From Carcharhinus longimanus (lineage: Eukaryota), in assembly GCA_030264375.1 (NCBI GenBank), contig JASCQW010000001.1, positions 100,004,222-100,068,221 on the forward strand: a stretch of DNA of 64,000 nucleotides, written 5' to 3'. The notes beneath the pieces are model-generated. The model was not told the origin of the DNA, searched no databases, and saw nothing but the letters and a program-made list of their open reading frames with translations. Every line of letters starts with the position of its first letter. Position 1 is the stretch's first letter. The translations under genes and the position numbers were made by a program. Shown here one piece after another: positions 62,783 through 64,000 of this stretch.

Positions 62783-64000
62783 TGGATATGGTTTGCTCTG
62801 AAGGTTATGATCCAAACGTTCTCAGCATACTTCAAGTAAATGCCACTTAGCTGTGTGATATTGACACCACTGCTACAAATTAACAGGGTGGGTCAGAAGA
62901 TAAAGTCCCTGGGACCCTGCTGATATTTGGGAGATGCCAGCAGTGGTCTTGCTCGTGCTATTTGAAAGACCAATTACTGTCACGATGACAAACAAATGTT
63001 TGGAAATTATCCATATTCATTGAGCTTCATTCATGATTGAACTGCACCGGAATATAAATTTAATGACTTGAGACAAGGCTGCTATCCAGTTAGTGTTGTG
63101 TCAGTGCGCAATATACCATTTGGCAGTTTGTTTATTTATTTAAAATATTTAAACAGGATCTGCTTAAAGGTTTGTTTACAATGAGTTCCTAGCCAAGGCT
63201 GACTAACCAACACAATTTAGTGGGAGATACAGGGGACAAATTGTATGCGGCATGGATCAACATAGTCCTGATTTCTGACATTTAAAGCTTGATTGGTTCA
63301 TTGTTGCAATAATATCAACATAATATTTTTAACATTTGAAAGGCAACCAGAACCAACATCCTTGGCTGACCTCACTATCCCCAGCCGTTCCATCCACAGT
63401 CCATTGCCAACATTCAAACCTAGACTGTACCCCGTGAGCATGCAGATGGGAGAGTGGGGCAGAGAACTGTGCAGTCGGACTTCAGTACATTTTATTGCCT
63501 GCCTGTGATTTGTAGCAGGCGCAGGAATTCCCCACACAATGTTGGGTATTCCTGTTCAAGTAAAGTTTATTATTTAGTCACATTCACACTGTAACAAAGT
63601 TACTGTGAAAAAAGTGAGACTAACACAACAGCATGTGCTCTATTCTAGTGTTTCTGGCACTGGCATTTTCCAGTCATTTCAATAATCAATTCCTCATTTA
63701 TCAGATGTCCAGCATGTAAAACAAATATTGGAGCACCCAATGCCACCTCCCACAGAAACATACTAGCTCCTTTCTTAACCAGATTATAACAGGGGCTTGC
63801 AGATGAGGGGGTTAAAATATCCGTGTGACAGTTCGTCAGCTTTCCTTTGACCTGCAATAGAAACCATTTTGGAACACGTGAGATAGTTGCAACTTCATTA
63901 ACTTGGAAAAGTTGACCTTTGAAGATATCACTCAGACTGTGCTGTTAACTCCAGGGCTTGTATGCTGTTGATCGTGTCCTGGGAAGCCACAGTGAGAAAG

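Noticed and set aside
1-64000. CRISPR arrays, operons or other prokaryotic systems
   Set aside because: This is spliced vertebrate DNA with no regularly spaced repeat-spacer array. The short ORFs are repeat-derived or of chance length.

Overview
Eukaryotic, repeat-dense genomic DNA, most likely from a shark or other elasmobranch (inferred from HE1-like V-SINEs and their CR1/HER1-like partner LINE tails), with six N gaps. The only host protein-coding sequence I can support is the first coding exon of H6PD (hexose-6-phosphate dehydrogenase) on the minus strand: exon 36887-37536, CDS 36887-37528, with clean splice sites. I found no later H6PD exons in 1-36886. The rest is intronic or intergenic DNA with decayed retroelements (a Tx1-clade LINE, a Penelope-like element, RTE and CR1 fragments, several SINE families, MITE-like repeats). 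Most notable: (1) the Tx1 element ends in a degenerate copy of the U2 snRNA 5' end, as expected for a U2-targeting Keno-like element; (2) several Penelope-derived termini carry decayed minimal hammerhead ribozyme motifs, including an inverted pair; (3) a 41-bp fold-back hairpin lies about 120 nt into the intron after the H6PD exon. I see no evidence for a wholly new multi-gene system. Repeat family names come from recalled consensus sequences, not database searches, and repeat boundaries are approximate.
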